This document shows, piece by piece, positions 13,252 to 23,478 of a stretch of 64,000 nucleotides of DNA. A program made the position numbers and the translations under genes. Origin of the DNA: an uncultured Pelagibacteraceae bacterium (lineage in GTDB: Bacteria > Pseudomonadota > Alphaproteobacteria > Pelagibacterales > AG-422-B15); assembly GCA_902554325.1 (NCBI GenBank), contig CACDOH010000001.1:68135-132134 (forward strand), written 5' to 3'. Below the pieces are notes generated by a model, which ran no database searches, had not been told where the DNA came from, and worked only from the letters and a program-made list of their open reading frames with translations. Position 1 is the first letter of the stretch. Each line of letters opens with the position of its first letter.

Positions 13252-13319
13252 AAAAACGAATCAAATTTATCAATTCATTAAAGACTAATTAATATATTAA
13301 GATTTTAAAAGTTAATTAA

Positions 13320-14063
13320 TTAAGCAATTCTGCTTAATTCTTCATCGCTTGCCTCAAAATTTGAAAAGATATGTTGAACATCCTCGTCACCATCAAGCTC
13401 ATTTATTAGATTTATAAGTGATTTTAACCTATCACCTTCAACTTTAACTAATATATTTGGTCTCCACTGAAAACCAGATGAGACGGGCTCGCCGTATTTA
13501 GAAGCTAACAAGTCGTAAAACTTTGACAATGCATCAGGTAAGCATACCGTTTCATATTCATCCTCTTCTAAAAAACAATCTTCCGCACCATTTTCAATTG
13601 AGAAGTTAAAAAACTCATCCTCATTTGCAATATCTTTATTGAATTTCAGAAAACCATAATGTTTAAATGCATGAGAAACCGACCCTGTTTCACCTAATGA
13701 TCCACCAAACTTTTGAAACGTTGATCTGACATTAGATGCCGTTCTGTTTCTATTATCAGTCAGTGCCTCAACAATTATAGATGTACCTGCTGGGCCAAAT
13801 CCTTCATATCTCATCTGGTCATAATTAATAGTATCTTTCTCTAAAGACTTTTTTATAGCACGGTCAATATTCTCTTTTGGAAAACTCGATGCCTTTGCAA
13901 GTTGAATGGCCGATCTCAATCTAGCATTTTGATTAGGGTCTGGAGAACCTAACTTTGCTGCAACAGTTATTTCTTTAGATAACTTAGAAAATAGTCCTGC
14001 TCTTTTTTTGTCTTGCGCTCCTTTTCGATATTGAATATTTTTAAACTTAGAGTGACCCGCCAT
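13320..14063 (-). CDS. yebC: YebC/PmpR family DNA-binding regulator
   Basis: 247 aa. 'MAGHSKFKNIQYRKGAQDKKR' N-terminus is diagnostic. Confidence 0.9.
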   Translation of the reverse strand: MAGHSKFKNIQYRKGAQDKKRAGLFSKLSKEITVAAKLGSPDPNQNARLRSAIQLAKASSFPKENIDRAIKKSLEKDTINYDQMRYEGFGPAGTSIIVEALTDNRNRTASNVRSTFQKFGGSLGETGSVSHAFKHYGFLKFNKDIANEDEFFNFSIENGAEDCFLEEDEYETVCLPDALSKFYDLLASKYGEPVSSGFQWRPNILVKVEGDRLKSLINLINELDGDEDVQHIFSNFEASDEELSRIA

Positions 14064-14864
14064 TTAATTTCCTATTTTTCCCCCAATACGAATTGATTGA
14101 ATATTTTTAGCAAGTAAATTGTCATGCTGCGATTCTATGATTACTCCACATAATGTGCCTACCCCATCGGCAGGTGGTACTCTTTTTCTTTCAGTGTCTT
14201 GTGTTGCAAATTTTCTTACAAATTCTTGTTTTTTCGTTCCTATTACAGAGTCGTAATCACCACACATACCTGCATCTGTTTGATAAGCTGTCCCATGTTC
14301 CATAATAGTAGCATCAGCTGTTGGAACGTGCGTATGCGTCCCTACTACCGCGGTTACACGTCCATCAAGATGATGACCCATGGCCATCTTCTCACTCGAT
14401 GCTTCAGCATGAAAATCTACAAATATGAATGATAAATCTTTTACATCAATTTTTTGCAATACCTCCTCGATTTTGAAAAAAGCATTGTCACAGGAGCGCA
14501 TAAATAGGTTGCCCATTATATTAATAACTGCAATTTTTTCCTTATTGTCCAACTCATAAATATTAAAGCCTAGTCCAGGAGATCCTTCAGCAAAATTATA
14601 AGGTTTTAATAGATTTTGATCCTTGTCGATGTAATTAGTGATTTCTTTTTGATCCCACAAATGATTTCCTGTAGTAATGACATTTACACCGTAAGAATAC
14701 AATTCATTACATATACTTTCTGTAATACCAAAACCACCTGCAGCGTTTTCACCATTTGCTATTACAAAATCAATATTATTATCAATAATTGCTTGTGGCA
14801 GATGATCTCTTAAGGAATGCCTGCCAGATCTACCCATTACATCCCCTAGGAATAAAATTTTCAT
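14064..14864 (-). CDS. YmdB-like metallophosphoesterase (TIGR00282 type)
   Basis: 266 aa. 'MKILFLGDVMGRSGR', 'ANGENAAGGFGIT' and 'GNHLWD' calcineurin-like motifs. Confidence 0.8.
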   Translation of the reverse strand: MKILFLGDVMGRSGRHSLRDHLPQAIIDNNIDFVIANGENAAGGFGITESICNELYSYGVNVITTGNHLWDQKEITNYIDKDQNLLKPYNFAEGSPGLGFNIYELDNKEKIAVINIMGNLFMRSCDNAFFKIEEVLQKIDVKDLSFIFVDFHAEASSEKMAMGHHLDGRVTAVVGTHTHVPTADATIMEHGTAYQTDAGMCGDYDSVIGTKKQEFVRKFATQDTERKRVPPADGVGTLCGVIIESQHDNLLAKNIQSIRIGGKIGN

Positions 14865-15436
14865 ATTACTTTATATAAATAACTTTCTGTTAAAATCCAA
14901 TCAAGTTTTTGATCATGATCTTCAATTGGAATTTTATAAACATTTTGAAAAGAAAATCCTAATCCTACTCTAATAATTTCTTTTTCTTCTTGAAAAGAAA
15001 AATATTTATCATAAAAACCTCCACCATATCCTAGTCTAAAACCACTTTCATTAAATGCTAGTAAAGGCACTAATACTAGTTTTGGAAAAATAATTTCATT
15101 AGTTATCTCAGGTTCTAAAATATTATATTTATTTTTAATTAATTTAGTTCCAGTACTATATTTAAAAAAATTAATTTCATTAGTTTGATAATCAATTTTA
15201 GGTAAGCAAATATTTAAATTTTTTTCAATCAGGTATTTATGTATAGCATTAGTACTTAATTCAGAATTATAATCGATATATGAACCTACATAATCATTAT
15301 TCATATTATTTAATAATGGACGTAAATGTACGTGAGACATATTTTTTTCTTCATAGTCTCTTGATAGGTGCTTTCTTCTGTTGATTAAAAATTTGCGTAA
15401 TATTTTTTTTTCTAGATGATGCTCTGTATTAATCAT
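14861..15436 (-). CDS. 5-formyltetrahydrofolate cyclo-ligase
   Basis: 191 aa. 'VLVPLLAFNESGFRLGYGGGFYDKY' motif. Conserved position next to zapA. Confidence 0.75.
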   Translation of the reverse strand: MINTEHHLEKKILRKFLINRRKHLSRDYEEKNMSHVHLRPLLNNMNNDYVGSYIDYNSELSTNAIHKYLIEKNLNICLPKIDYQTNEINFFKYSTGTKLIKNKYNILEPEITNEIIFPKLVLVPLLAFNESGFRLGYGGGFYDKYFSFQEEKEIIRVGLGFSFQNVYKIPIEDHDQKLDWILTESYLYKVI

Positions 15437-15459
15437 TAATATTAATGATTAGAAATTTC

Positions 15460-15825
15460 TTAACTTGCCTGTGAAAGCTTAGATAGTAAATCTGTTAATT
15501 TTTCATTATTAGTTTCAATGTATTTTTGACTTTCCATTTGTTGTTGGTCTAAAATTTTTTCTTTTGAATTAATACTTGTTTGAAGCTCTTCAATCTTAGT
15601 CAAATTTGCACTTAATTTTTGATTAAGGTCGTGTATCTCATCAGCAATCAGCAACGAAGCCATTACCATGAGCCTTGTTTCACCTATTTTTCCAAATCTT
15701 TTGGTCAACTCTCTGACTTTAAAGTCAATTCGCGAACTAAGTTGCTTTAAGTGATTTTCTTCACCAGGATCGCAAACTATCGCATAATCTTGATCATTAA
15801 TATTTACAACTATTTCAGGCATCAA
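15460..15825 (-). CDS. zapA: Cell division protein ZapA
   Basis: 121 aa. 'VVNINDQDYAIVCDPGEENHL' ZapA-like N-terminal domain plus a C-terminal coiled coil. Confidence 0.7.
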   Translation of the reverse strand: MMPEIVVNINDQDYAIVCDPGEENHLKQLSSRIDFKVRELTKRFGKIGETRLMVMASLLIADEIHDLNQKLSANLTKIEELQTSINSKEKILDQQQMESQKYIETNNEKLTDLLSKLSQAS

Positions 15826-16089
15826 TTATGAATCCAATATGTCTTTAATTGTATAAATATTTTCATCAAGCTGAGATGAAATATTTCCGGCAATATTTTT
15901 GAGCTCTAGAAAATCAGATTTTAAGATTTTAATTTCGTTTTCAAGGTGGTTATTTTCACTTAGAAGTTTTGCATTTTCATTTTCTAGAGACGAAACTTTT
16001 TTTGCTTCTTGTGACAATTTTTCAATCTCTCTGCCAAGGTTAGCAATGGTGTTACTGAATTGATCTTTAGTATCTTGATATGTTGACAT
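15826..16089 (-). CDS. Small coiled-coil protein (DUF4164/ZapB-like) abutting zapA
   Basis: 87 aa. Heptad-rich ('ENENAKLLSENNHLENEIKILK'). Its stop abuts the zapA start. Confidence 0.5.
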   Translation of the reverse strand: MSTYQDTKDQFSNTIANLGREIEKLSQEAKKVSSLENENAKLLSENNHLENEIKILKSDFLELKNIAGNISSQLDENIYTIKDILDS

Positions 16090-16153
16090 GTCGCACCCTT
16101 AATCTTTAGGGGGAGTTTAACTGTCTTTTTTATTCCCAGTCAACTTTTAAAAT

Positions 16154-16180
16154 CACAAAAAAAATTAAATTTTTTTTGTG
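16154..16180. repeat. Perfect 11-bp inverted repeat CACAAAAAAAA-N5-TTTTTTTTGTG in a divergent promoter region
   Basis: Read directly, between the start of the coiled-coil gene (16089, -) and tkt (16254, +). Confidence 0.5.
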
Positions 16181-16253
16181 AATAAGATATTATAATCTAA
16201 GACTCTTTCCACTTTATTGCTTATATTAGGCTCATTATTGGTATTATAAATAA

Positions 16254-18251
16254 ATGTCTCAAAACTTAAATTCATCTTCTATCCCTCACGAGAATATGGC
16301 AAATGCCATAAGATTCTTATCGATAGACGCAGTGGAGAAAGCTAAGAGCGGACACCCTGGATTGCCAATGGGAATGGCTGATGTTGCTACTATTCTTTTC
16401 ACTAAATTTCTGAAATTTAATTCTGCTGCCCCCAAGTGGCATGATAGAGATAGATTTGTATTATCTGCAGGTCACGGCTCGATGCTTCTGTATTCACTTC
16501 TGTATCTCACTGGTTACCGTGATATGACCATAAAGGATATTAAAAGATTTAGACAACTTAATAGTAAATGTGCAGGTCATCCAGAATATGGACATGCTCA
16601 AGGTATTGAAACAACTACTGGCCCTCTAGGTCAGGGAATAGGAAATGCTGTAGGAATGGCATTAGCTGAAAAAATACTGAACAGCCAATTTGGAGATAAG
16701 ACTGTCGATCACTATACGTACGTAATAGCCAGTGATGGTGACTTGATGGAAGGCATATCTCATGAGGTCGCTTCATTTGCGGGTCATTTGAAGTTAAATA
16801 AGCTAATTGTTTTTTTTGATGATAATGGAGTTTCAATTGACGGACCTGTTAAACTCTCGAATTCTGAAAAGACAACTGACCGCTTTAAGGCCTATGGATG
16901 GAACACAATAAAAATTAATGGGCATAATAAAGATGAAATTATAAAAGCGATAACAAAAGCTAAAAAATCAAAAAAACCTACTCTAATTTCTTGTAAAACA
17001 AAAATTGGATTCGGCTCACCTAACAAACAAGGTAAATCTTCCTCTCATGGTAGTCCACTTGGGGAAGAAGAAGTAAGCTTAACTAGATCCAAACTAAAGT
17101 GGCCCCATAAGCCCTTTGCGGTTCCAACAGATGTATTAAATGAATGGAAAAAGTCTGGCAAGAGATCAACTGATGCATATAAAAAATGGAAAATAGATTT
17201 TGAAAAACTGTCCAAAAAGAAAAAAGATGAATTTGTAAGAAGAATTAGTGGAAATACTCCAAAAAAAGTTAATCTGCTTTTAAGCAAGTTTAAAAAAAAC
17301 TCAATAAAAAAACCAATTGATATAGCAACACGGCAAGCCTCTGAGATGGTGATTAACCAAATTGCACCCATCATGCCAGAATTAGTTGGTGGATCTGCAG
17401 ATCTTACCGGTTCAAACAATACCAAAGGTAACAAAGTGGATGTTATTAATTCAAAAAATTACCGAGGTAATTATATCTATTATGGAATAAGAGAGCATGG
17501 AATGGCAGCCATTATGAATGGCTTATCATTACATAGGGGCATAATACCATTTGGAGGAACATTTTTAATATTTTTAGATTACTGTAAGCCTTCTCTTAGA
17601 CTTGCGGCTCTTATGAAACAGAGGGCTATTTATATTTTAACACATGACTCAATTGGCTTGGGTGAAGATGGCCCAACTCATCAACCAATTGAACAGCTGG
17701 CATCTCTAAGGGCAACGCCAAATGTAAAAGTATTCCGGCCTGCTGATGTTATTGAAACAGCTGAAGCTTGGGAATTGGCTTTATCAAATCAAAAAGGTCC
17801 ATCTGTTATTGCCTTAACTAGACAAAAGCTGCCTATGCTTAGAAAGAAATATTACACAAAAAATATTAGTTCTCAGGGTGCATATGAAATTAAAAGTAAC
17901 TCTAAAAATCCAGATGTTTCAATCTATGCCTCAGGTTCTGAGGTAGAAATAGGTATACAGCTAATGAGTCTACTAGAAAAAAAGAAAAAAAATGTAAGAG
18001 TGATTTCTGTGCCCTGCATGGAGCTATTTAAAATTCAAAATAAGACATATCAAAAAAAGATCAGAGGGAATTCTAAGTTAAATATATCAATTGAAGCAGG
18101 CTCTAGTTTTGGATGGAGTGACATCTCTGGAGGGAATACTGTGAATATATGCATGAAAGATTTTGGAGCCAGCGCTCCCTATCAAAAACTTTATGATTAC
18201 TATGGCTTCACAGCAAAAAAAATATTAAAGCAAGTAATTAAAAAAATATAG
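16254..18251 (+). CDS. tkt: Transketolase
   Basis: 665 aa. 'SGHPGLPMGMADV', 'DGDLMEGISHE' ThDP motif and 'THDSIGLGEDGPTHQPIE'. Confidence 0.95.
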   Translation: MSQNLNSSSIPHENMANAIRFLSIDAVEKAKSGHPGLPMGMADVATILFTKFLKFNSAAPKWHDRDRFVLSAGHGSMLLYSLLYLTGYRDMTIKDIKRFRQLNSKCAGHPEYGHAQGIETTTGPLGQGIGNAVGMALAEKILNSQFGDKTVDHYTYVIASDGDLMEGISHEVASFAGHLKLNKLIVFFDDNGVSIDGPVKLSNSEKTTDRFKAYGWNTIKINGHNKDEIIKAITKAKKSKKPTLISCKTKIGFGSPNKQGKSSSHGSPLGEEEVSLTRSKLKWPHKPFAVPTDVLNEWKKSGKRSTDAYKKWKIDFEKLSKKKKDEFVRRISGNTPKKVNLLLSKFKKNSIKKPIDIATRQASEMVINQIAPIMPELVGGSADLTGSNNTKGNKVDVINSKNYRGNYIYYGIREHGMAAIMNGLSLHRGIIPFGGTFLIFLDYCKPSLRLAALMKQRAIYILTHDSIGLGEDGPTHQPIEQLASLRATPNVKVFRPADVIETAEAWELALSNQKGPSVIALTRQKLPMLRKKYYTKNISSQGAYEIKSNSKNPDVSIYASGSEVEIGIQLMSLLEKKKKNVRVISVPCMELFKIQNKTYQKKIRGNSKLNISIEAGSSFGWSDISGGNTVNICMKDFGASAPYQKLYDYYGFTAKKILKQVIKKI

Positions 18252-18262
18252 GAGTTATCAAA

Positions 18263-19273
18263 ATGGCAGTAAATGTTGCAATTAGTGGGTTTGGAAGAAT
18301 TGGTAGATTAGTTCTTAGATCAATTATAGAGAGTAAACGTAAGGATATTAATGTTGTTGCAATAAATGACTTAGCGCCTGTTGATACAAACGCATTCTTA
18401 CTAGCGAATGATACGGTGCATGGACCTTTAAACGAAAAAATTTCTGTAAAGAAAAACAAAATGACCATTGGAAGGAAAACTATTTTAGTGCTTAATGAAA
18501 GAGATCCACAAAAACTTCCATGGAAAAAAATGAAAATTGACGTAGCACTTGAATGTACTGGTTTATTTACCTCAAAAGAAAAAGCATCTATGCATATCAA
18601 AGCGGGAGCAAAAAAAGTTCTTGTCTCTGCCCCCTGCTCTGAAGCTGATAAAACAATAGTATATGGGGTAAACGAACAAGAAATAACTCGCAATGATCTA
18701 GTTGTTTCGAATGCATCTTGCACTACGAACTGTTTGGCACCAGTAGTTAAAGTTCTTCACGAAAAATTTGGAATTGTTCATGGATATATGACTACCATTC
18801 ATGCATTTACAGGTGACCAAAGTGTTTTGGATACATTTCATCCTGATTTAAGAAGAGCTAGAGCTGCTTCAATGTCAATGATACCTACATCAACAGGTGC
18901 CGCCAAAGCAGTTGGGTTAGTGATGCCAGAATTATCAGGAAAACTAGATGGAACGGCAATTAGAGTGCCAACTCCCAATGTATCACTTATCGATTTTAAA
19001 TTTGTATCAAAAAAAATAATGAAAGTTGATAGCGTAAATAAAGCTATGACCGCTGCGTCACGATCCAATAAATTAAAAGGCATACTTAACGTTAATTCAG
19101 AGCCACTGGTTTCATCAGATTTTAATCATAATCCTGCTTCGTCAAATTTTGACCTGACTCAAACACAAGTCATTGATGGAAAATTTGGAAGAGTTTTAAG
19201 TTGGTATGATAATGAGTGGGGTTTCTCAAATAGAATGTGTGATACTGCAGTAGCAATGAAAAGATCAAAATAG
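18263..19273 (+). CDS. gap: Glyceraldehyde-3-phosphate dehydrogenase
   Basis: 336 aa. 'GFGRIGR' and active site 'SNASCTTNCLAP'. AGGAG SD upstream. Confidence 0.96.
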   Translation: MAVNVAISGFGRIGRLVLRSIIESKRKDINVVAINDLAPVDTNAFLLANDTVHGPLNEKISVKKNKMTIGRKTILVLNERDPQKLPWKKMKIDVALECTGLFTSKEKASMHIKAGAKKVLVSAPCSEADKTIVYGVNEQEITRNDLVVSNASCTTNCLAPVVKVLHEKFGIVHGYMTTIHAFTGDQSVLDTFHPDLRRARAASMSMIPTSTGAAKAVGLVMPELSGKLDGTAIRVPTPNVSLIDFKFVSKKIMKVDSVNKAMTAASRSNKLKGILNVNSEPLVSSDFNHNPASSNFDLTQTQVIDGKFGRVLSWYDNEWGFSNRMCDTAVAMKRSK

Positions 19274-19275
19274 TA

Positions 19276-20472
19276 ATGCTAGATGTCTCTAATCTAAAAA
19301 AAATTACTGAGAAAAATAAAACTATATTAATAAGATTTGATCTTAACGTTCCACTAAATTCTATTGATGAATATATTAGTGATAGAATAATCAGAATTAA
19401 AAAACCTATTTTAGATCTTTTGCATGAAAATCATAAAGTCATTATTTTATCTCACTTGGGTAGACCAAAAGGAGAAATAAAGGATGAACTATCATTGCAA
19501 CAAGTAGTTCCTCAGCTAGAAAAAGTTCTTGAAAAAAAGATAAATTTCTTACCAGATTGTATCGGAAACGAAATAAAAGATAAAATTAATTCCCTTGAAT
19601 ATGGAACAGTTATTTTATTAGAAAACTGTAGATTCTATAAAGAAGAGGAAGAGAATGATCATGACTTTGCAAAAAAATTATCTGAGTTAGCTGATGTTTA
19701 CATAAATGATGCATTTGCCTGTGCGCACCGCGCACATGCATCAATTGAGGCAATATCGCATTTCATGCCTTCATATTGTGGCGATCTTCTTGAAGAAGAA
19801 ATAATTAATTTGCAAGAAGTGATACATGAACCTCTTAGTCCTGCTCTCACAATAATAGGAGGTTCTAAAATATCCACAAAAATTACTGTTCTTAAAAATT
19901 TATCAAAAAAAATGGATACCATTGTCATAGCTGGCGGTATGGCAAATAACTTTTTGAAATACCATGGATATAATATCCAAAAATCATTGCATGAGGAAAA
20001 TGTCGACCACTTAATTACAGAAATATTGGATTTTTCGTCAAAAAATAATTGTAGGTTAGTTTTGCCAATTGATGTGGTCACAGCAGATAAAATTTCAGAC
20101 AAGACAGACACTAAAGAGTCTGAAATTGATAATATTGAAGAACAAAATATGATTCTGGATATAGGCAAAAATACATTGAAGTTAATAAAAAATGAAATTA
20201 GTAAATCTAAAACTGTATTCTGGAATGGTCCACTTGGAGTATTTGAAACTTCTCCGTTTGACAAAGGCACTGTAGAAATTGCAAATTATATTGGCACTCT
20301 AACTGAAAATAATAAAATTAGGTCATTTGCTGGCGGAGGTGATACAATTTCTGCGTTGGATTTAGCCCGTGTGAAAGATAAATTTTCTTATGTTTCTACT
20401 GGCGGTGGTGCATTACTTGAGCTAATAGAAGGTAAGAAATTACCAGGCCTGGTCGCATTAGGAATTTTATAA
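19276..20472 (+). CDS. pgk: Phosphoglycerate kinase
   Basis: 398 aa. 'RFDLNVP', 'SHLGRPKG', 'WNGPLGVFE' and 'STGGGALLE'. Confidence 0.95.
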   Translation: MLDVSNLKKITEKNKTILIRFDLNVPLNSIDEYISDRIIRIKKPILDLLHENHKVIILSHLGRPKGEIKDELSLQQVVPQLEKVLEKKINFLPDCIGNEIKDKINSLEYGTVILLENCRFYKEEEENDHDFAKKLSELADVYINDAFACAHRAHASIEAISHFMPSYCGDLLEEEIINLQEVIHEPLSPALTIIGGSKISTKITVLKNLSKKMDTIVIAGGMANNFLKYHGYNIQKSLHEENVDHLITEILDFSSKNNCRLVLPIDVVTADKISDKTDTKESEIDNIEEQNMILDIGKNTLKLIKNEISKSKTVFWNGPLGVFETSPFDKGTVEIANYIGTLTENNKIRSFAGGGDTISALDLARVKDKFSYVSTGGGALLELIEGKKLPGLVALGIL

Positions 20473-20478
20473 TAGGAG

Positions 20479-21498
20479 ATGAAAATGATACCAAAAACTC
20501 TAGAAGATATTGCAAGCTATATTGTAAAGGACGGCAAAGGAATACTAGCAGCTGACGAAAGCACTGGAACAATAGAAAAAAGATTTAAGTCAATTGACGT
20601 GGAGTCAACTGAAGATAACAGAAGAAAATATAGAGAAATGCTTTTTAGATCTCCCGCTATGGCAGAGGCTATAGGTGGGGTAATTTTATTTGATGAGACC
20701 CTGAGACAAAAAGCAAAAGATGGATCATATTTAAGAGACGTAATTTTAAACCATGGGTCACTTCCTGGAATTAAGGTAGACCAAGGAGTAAAAGAACTGG
20801 AAGATAATTCTAATGAAAAAATCACAACTGGATTAGATGGCCTAAATGAACGTTGTAGAGAATATGATGCATTGGGTGCTAAATTTACTAAATGGAGAGC
20901 GGTAATCAATATTAGCGAAGGCATGCCATCTACAAAATGTATCAATGAAAATATGTTAGCTTTATCCGAGTACGCCCTTATAGCTCAAGAAAATAATATG
21001 GTCCCAATAGTTGAACCTGAAGTCATTATGGATGGTCCGCATACAATAGATCAATGCTATGACGTTACTAAAAATACATTATCTATACTTTTTGAAATGC
21101 TTGATAAAAAAAATATAAATATTAGGGGCACCCTTTTAAAACCTAACATGGTAGTTTCAGGAACAGAGAATAGTCATCAAGCAAATTATAAGGAAGTTGC
21201 AGAAAAAACTCTTGATTGCCTCAGTTTGTCTGTGCCTGATGAATTGCCAGGTATCGTTTTCCTATCGGGTGGTCAATCTGATATTGATGCAACAGCACAC
21301 TTAGATGAGATGAATAAAATTGGAGGGTTTAAATGGAAACTAAGTTTTTCTTATGGAAGAGCATTGCAGCAAGCAGCATTGAAAGCTTGGTTAGGTAATG
21401 ACAGTAATCTAGAACATGCCCAAAAAGCATTTGGCCATCGTGCAATCATGAATATGAAAGCTTCTTTGGGTGAATGGAGCGAGTCACTTGAGGCTTAA
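20479..21498 (+). CDS. fba: Fructose-bisphosphate aldolase, class I
   Basis: 339 aa. 'GKGILAADES.GT..KR', 'LLKPNMV' (Schiff-base Lys region) and 'LSGGQS'. Confidence 0.88.
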   Translation: MKMIPKTLEDIASYIVKDGKGILAADESTGTIEKRFKSIDVESTEDNRRKYREMLFRSPAMAEAIGGVILFDETLRQKAKDGSYLRDVILNHGSLPGIKVDQGVKELEDNSNEKITTGLDGLNERCREYDALGAKFTKWRAVINISEGMPSTKCINENMLALSEYALIAQENNMVPIVEPEVIMDGPHTIDQCYDVTKNTLSILFEMLDKKNINIRGTLLKPNMVVSGTENSHQANYKEVAEKTLDCLSLSVPDELPGIVFLSGGQSDIDATAHLDEMNKIGGFKWKLSFSYGRALQQAALKAWLGNDSNLEHAQKAFGHRAIMNMKASLGEWSESLEA

Positions 21499-21502
21499 TT
21501 AA

Positions 21503-22066
21503 ATGAAAATTAATGGAAATTCTGTAAAACCAGGCATGATTTTAGAGCATAAGGGTGAGTTATGGACTGTTGCCAAATCACAATCTGTAAAACCAGGCAA
21601 GGGTGGAGCATTCAACCAGGTTGAAATGAAAAATATTAAAACTGGAACAAAACTTAATGAGAGGTTCAGAGCCTCTGAAGAAGTGGAGCGTGTACGGGTG
21701 GATGAAGAAAAGTACCAATATTTATATAAACAAGATGGTAAACTAGTTTTTATGAATACGGACTCATATGAACAAATAGAACTGGATTCAGAAATTGCTG
21801 GAGATCGAATGGTCTTAATGAGTGAAAATGACGAAGTTATAATTGAAATGTACAATGATAAAGCTATAGGCATACAACTTCCAAAGACACTCTCCTTTAC
21901 TGTTAATGAAACGGAGGCGGTTGTGAAGGGTCAAACAGCTGCATCTTCAAATAAACCTGCAATATTAGAGAATGGTATAAGAGTAATGGTGCCGCCGTTT
22001 ATTGAACAAGGTGAAAAAATTGAAATCAATACAGAGGACTTAACCTATTCTAAAAGAGCTGACTAA
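21503..22066 (+). CDS. efp: Elongation factor P
   Basis: 187 aa. 'VKPGKGGAFNQVEMKNIKTG' KOW-like loop. Confidence 0.93.
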   Translation: MKINGNSVKPGMILEHKGELWTVAKSQSVKPGKGGAFNQVEMKNIKTGTKLNERFRASEEVERVRVDEEKYQYLYKQDGKLVFMNTDSYEQIELDSEIAGDRMVLMSENDEVIIEMYNDKAIGIQLPKTLSFTVNETEAVVKGQTAASSNKPAILENGIRVMVPPFIEQGEKIEINTEDLTYSKRAD

Positions 22067-22848
22067 TGAGTTACTCAGATCCTCACATAAATGCGATATT
22101 CCTTGCTTCAAGAAAAGTAAGTAAAAATCTCATACGAGACTTTGGAGAAGTTGAAAAATTACAGGTATCTTTAAAGGGAGTTTCTGATTTTGTTTCTTTA
22201 GCAGATACCCGAGCAGAGAAGCAAATAATAAAAGAACTTACTTATTCATATCCTAAAATAAATATACTTGCTGAGGAAAATGGAACAATAAAGAACTCAG
22301 ACGATAATATGAGATGGATAATCGATCCTCTTGATGGTACGAGTAATTTTGTTTTTAGTATCCCCCATTTTGCGATTTCAATTGCTCTGGAAAAAGACAA
22401 TGAAATTATTGTAGGTGGAGTTTATCAGCCACTGACAGATGAGTTTTTTTGGGCTGTAAAAGGCAGGGGCGCTTTTTGCAACAACCTAAGGCTAAGAGTT
22501 TCATCAAGGGAAAACTTAGAAGACTGCATGATTGGAACAGGCATTCCTCACAAAGGAATGAAAGGACACGAAGAGTATCTACCTGGACTTAAAACAGTAA
22601 TGGAAAATGTATGTGGTGTTAGAAGATTGGGCGCTGCATCTTTGGATCTAGCATATGTTGCTGCTGGCAAGTATGACGGTTATTGGGAAAAAAACTTAAA
22701 GCTAGTTGATATCGCCGCAGGATCATTAATTGTAAAAGAGGCAGGTGGAAAAGTAACTGACTTTGAAGGAAGAGAGGAATATCTTAATTCAGGAAGAATT
22801 CTTGCAACTAACTTTAGAATTCATGATCAACTTCAAAAAGTAATTTAA
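22066..22848 (+). CDS. suhB: Inositol monophosphatase family protein (SuhB-like)
   Basis: 260 aa. 'WIIDPLDGTSNF' and 'GAASLDLAYVAAG' motifs. TAATG overlap with efp. Confidence 0.85.
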   Translation: MSYSDPHINAIFLASRKVSKNLIRDFGEVEKLQVSLKGVSDFVSLADTRAEKQIIKELTYSYPKINILAEENGTIKNSDDNMRWIIDPLDGTSNFVFSIPHFAISIALEKDNEIIVGGVYQPLTDEFFWAVKGRGAFCNNLRLRVSSRENLEDCMIGTGIPHKGMKGHEEYLPGLKTVMENVCGVRRLGAASLDLAYVAAGKYDGYWEKNLKLVDIAAGSLIVKEAGGKVTDFEGREEYLNSGRILATNFRIHDQLQKVI

Positions 22849-23151
22849 TTATATTTTTATACCAAATCTATTTAAAATTTTCTTTTCAAATTTCCAAAAA
22901 TATTGAAATTGTCCAAAAGGAATGGCAACTAATAATAATAATATTTGATATATAAAAAATAAAAGAATAATTCTAATTGGCCAAAAAAAAATTGGATTAA
23001 AGTTTTCCTCTTTCAAGCCGATGATTTCAAAAAATTCGACTGTTATATAAAGTGATACAGATCCTGTGATTGCAAATACAATCATTATCAATATAAACTG
23101 CCAAAAACTGATAATATTGAGCCTTTTCATCATTGCATTAACTATTCTCAT
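22849..23151 (-). CDS. Small integral membrane protein, function unknown
   Basis: 100 aa with two or three hydrophobic helices. No motif recognised. Its 3' end abuts the suhB stop. Confidence 0.4.
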   Translation of the reverse strand: MRIVNAMMKRLNIISFWQFILIMIVFAITGSVSLYITVEFFEIIGLKEENFNPIFFWPIRIILLFFIYQILLLLVAIPFGQFQYFWKFEKKILNRFGIKI

Positions 23152-23222
23152 AGAAATTCACTAAATAATCATTGATCAAGATTATTATATAGTTTAATTA
23201 ACCTCAAAATTAACTAAATAAA

Positions 23223-23441
23223 ATGAAAAAAGATAAACATCCAAATTATCACACAATTAACGTTGTCATGACAGATGGTACGAAGTTTGAAACGAAGTCC
23301 ACATGGGGAAAAGAAGGAGACACAATGTCTCTTGATATAGATCCTTTATCTCATCCTGCATGGACCGGTGGGCAGCAAAAAATTCAAGATAAAGGTCAAG
23401 TAAGCAGATTTAAGAAGAGATTTAGCAATCTTAAAACTTAA
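23223..23441 (+). CDS. rpmE: 50S ribosomal protein L31 (Cys-less form)
   Basis: 72 aa. '[20 protein letters not shown]...[12 protein letters not shown]...RFKKRF'. No Cys residues. Confidence 0.92.
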   Translation: MKKDKHPNYHTINVVMTDGTKFETKSTWGKEGDTMSLDIDPLSHPAWTGGQQKIQDKGQVSRFKKRFSNLKT

Positions 23442-23448
23442 ACTTCGA

Positions 23449-23478
23449 ACCTTGAAATCAAGATAATCATCACAATAT
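23449..23478 (+). promoter_or_regulatory. Candidate sigma-32-type heat-shock promoter for ibpA
   Basis: 'aaCCTTGAAA'-13 nt-'CACAATAT', compared with the remembered consensus CTTGAAA-N13-15-CCCCATNT. Lies ~95 nt upstream of the Hsp20 start. Confidence 0.45.

Noticed and set aside
15437-15459. Looked for 6S RNA (ssrS), which in many Proteobacteria lies between zapA and the 5-formyl-THF cyclo-ligase gene.
   Set aside because: The spacer here is only 23 nt. The 164-nt region upstream (16090-16253) shows no long closing stem or central bubble that I could fold by eye. 6S RNA must be elsewhere or absent.
18238-21873. Long ORFs antisense to gap, pgk, fba and efp (18238-18723, 19698-20270, 20517-20945, 21499-21873). 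Similar cases occur at 17045-17434, 28059-28406, 29339-29767 and 31518-31901.
   Set aside because: Each lies wholly inside a confidently identified conserved gene on the other strand. Their products are low-complexity (Ser/Ile/Phe/Leu-rich) with no motifs. They are typical shadow ORFs.
23223-23441. Cys-less (zinc-independent) L31 and L36 (32247-32372) as a possible zinc-sparing adaptation.
   Set aside because: To my knowledge the Cys-less forms are the normal, sole versions in Alphaproteobacteria, so this is lineage-typical rather than special.
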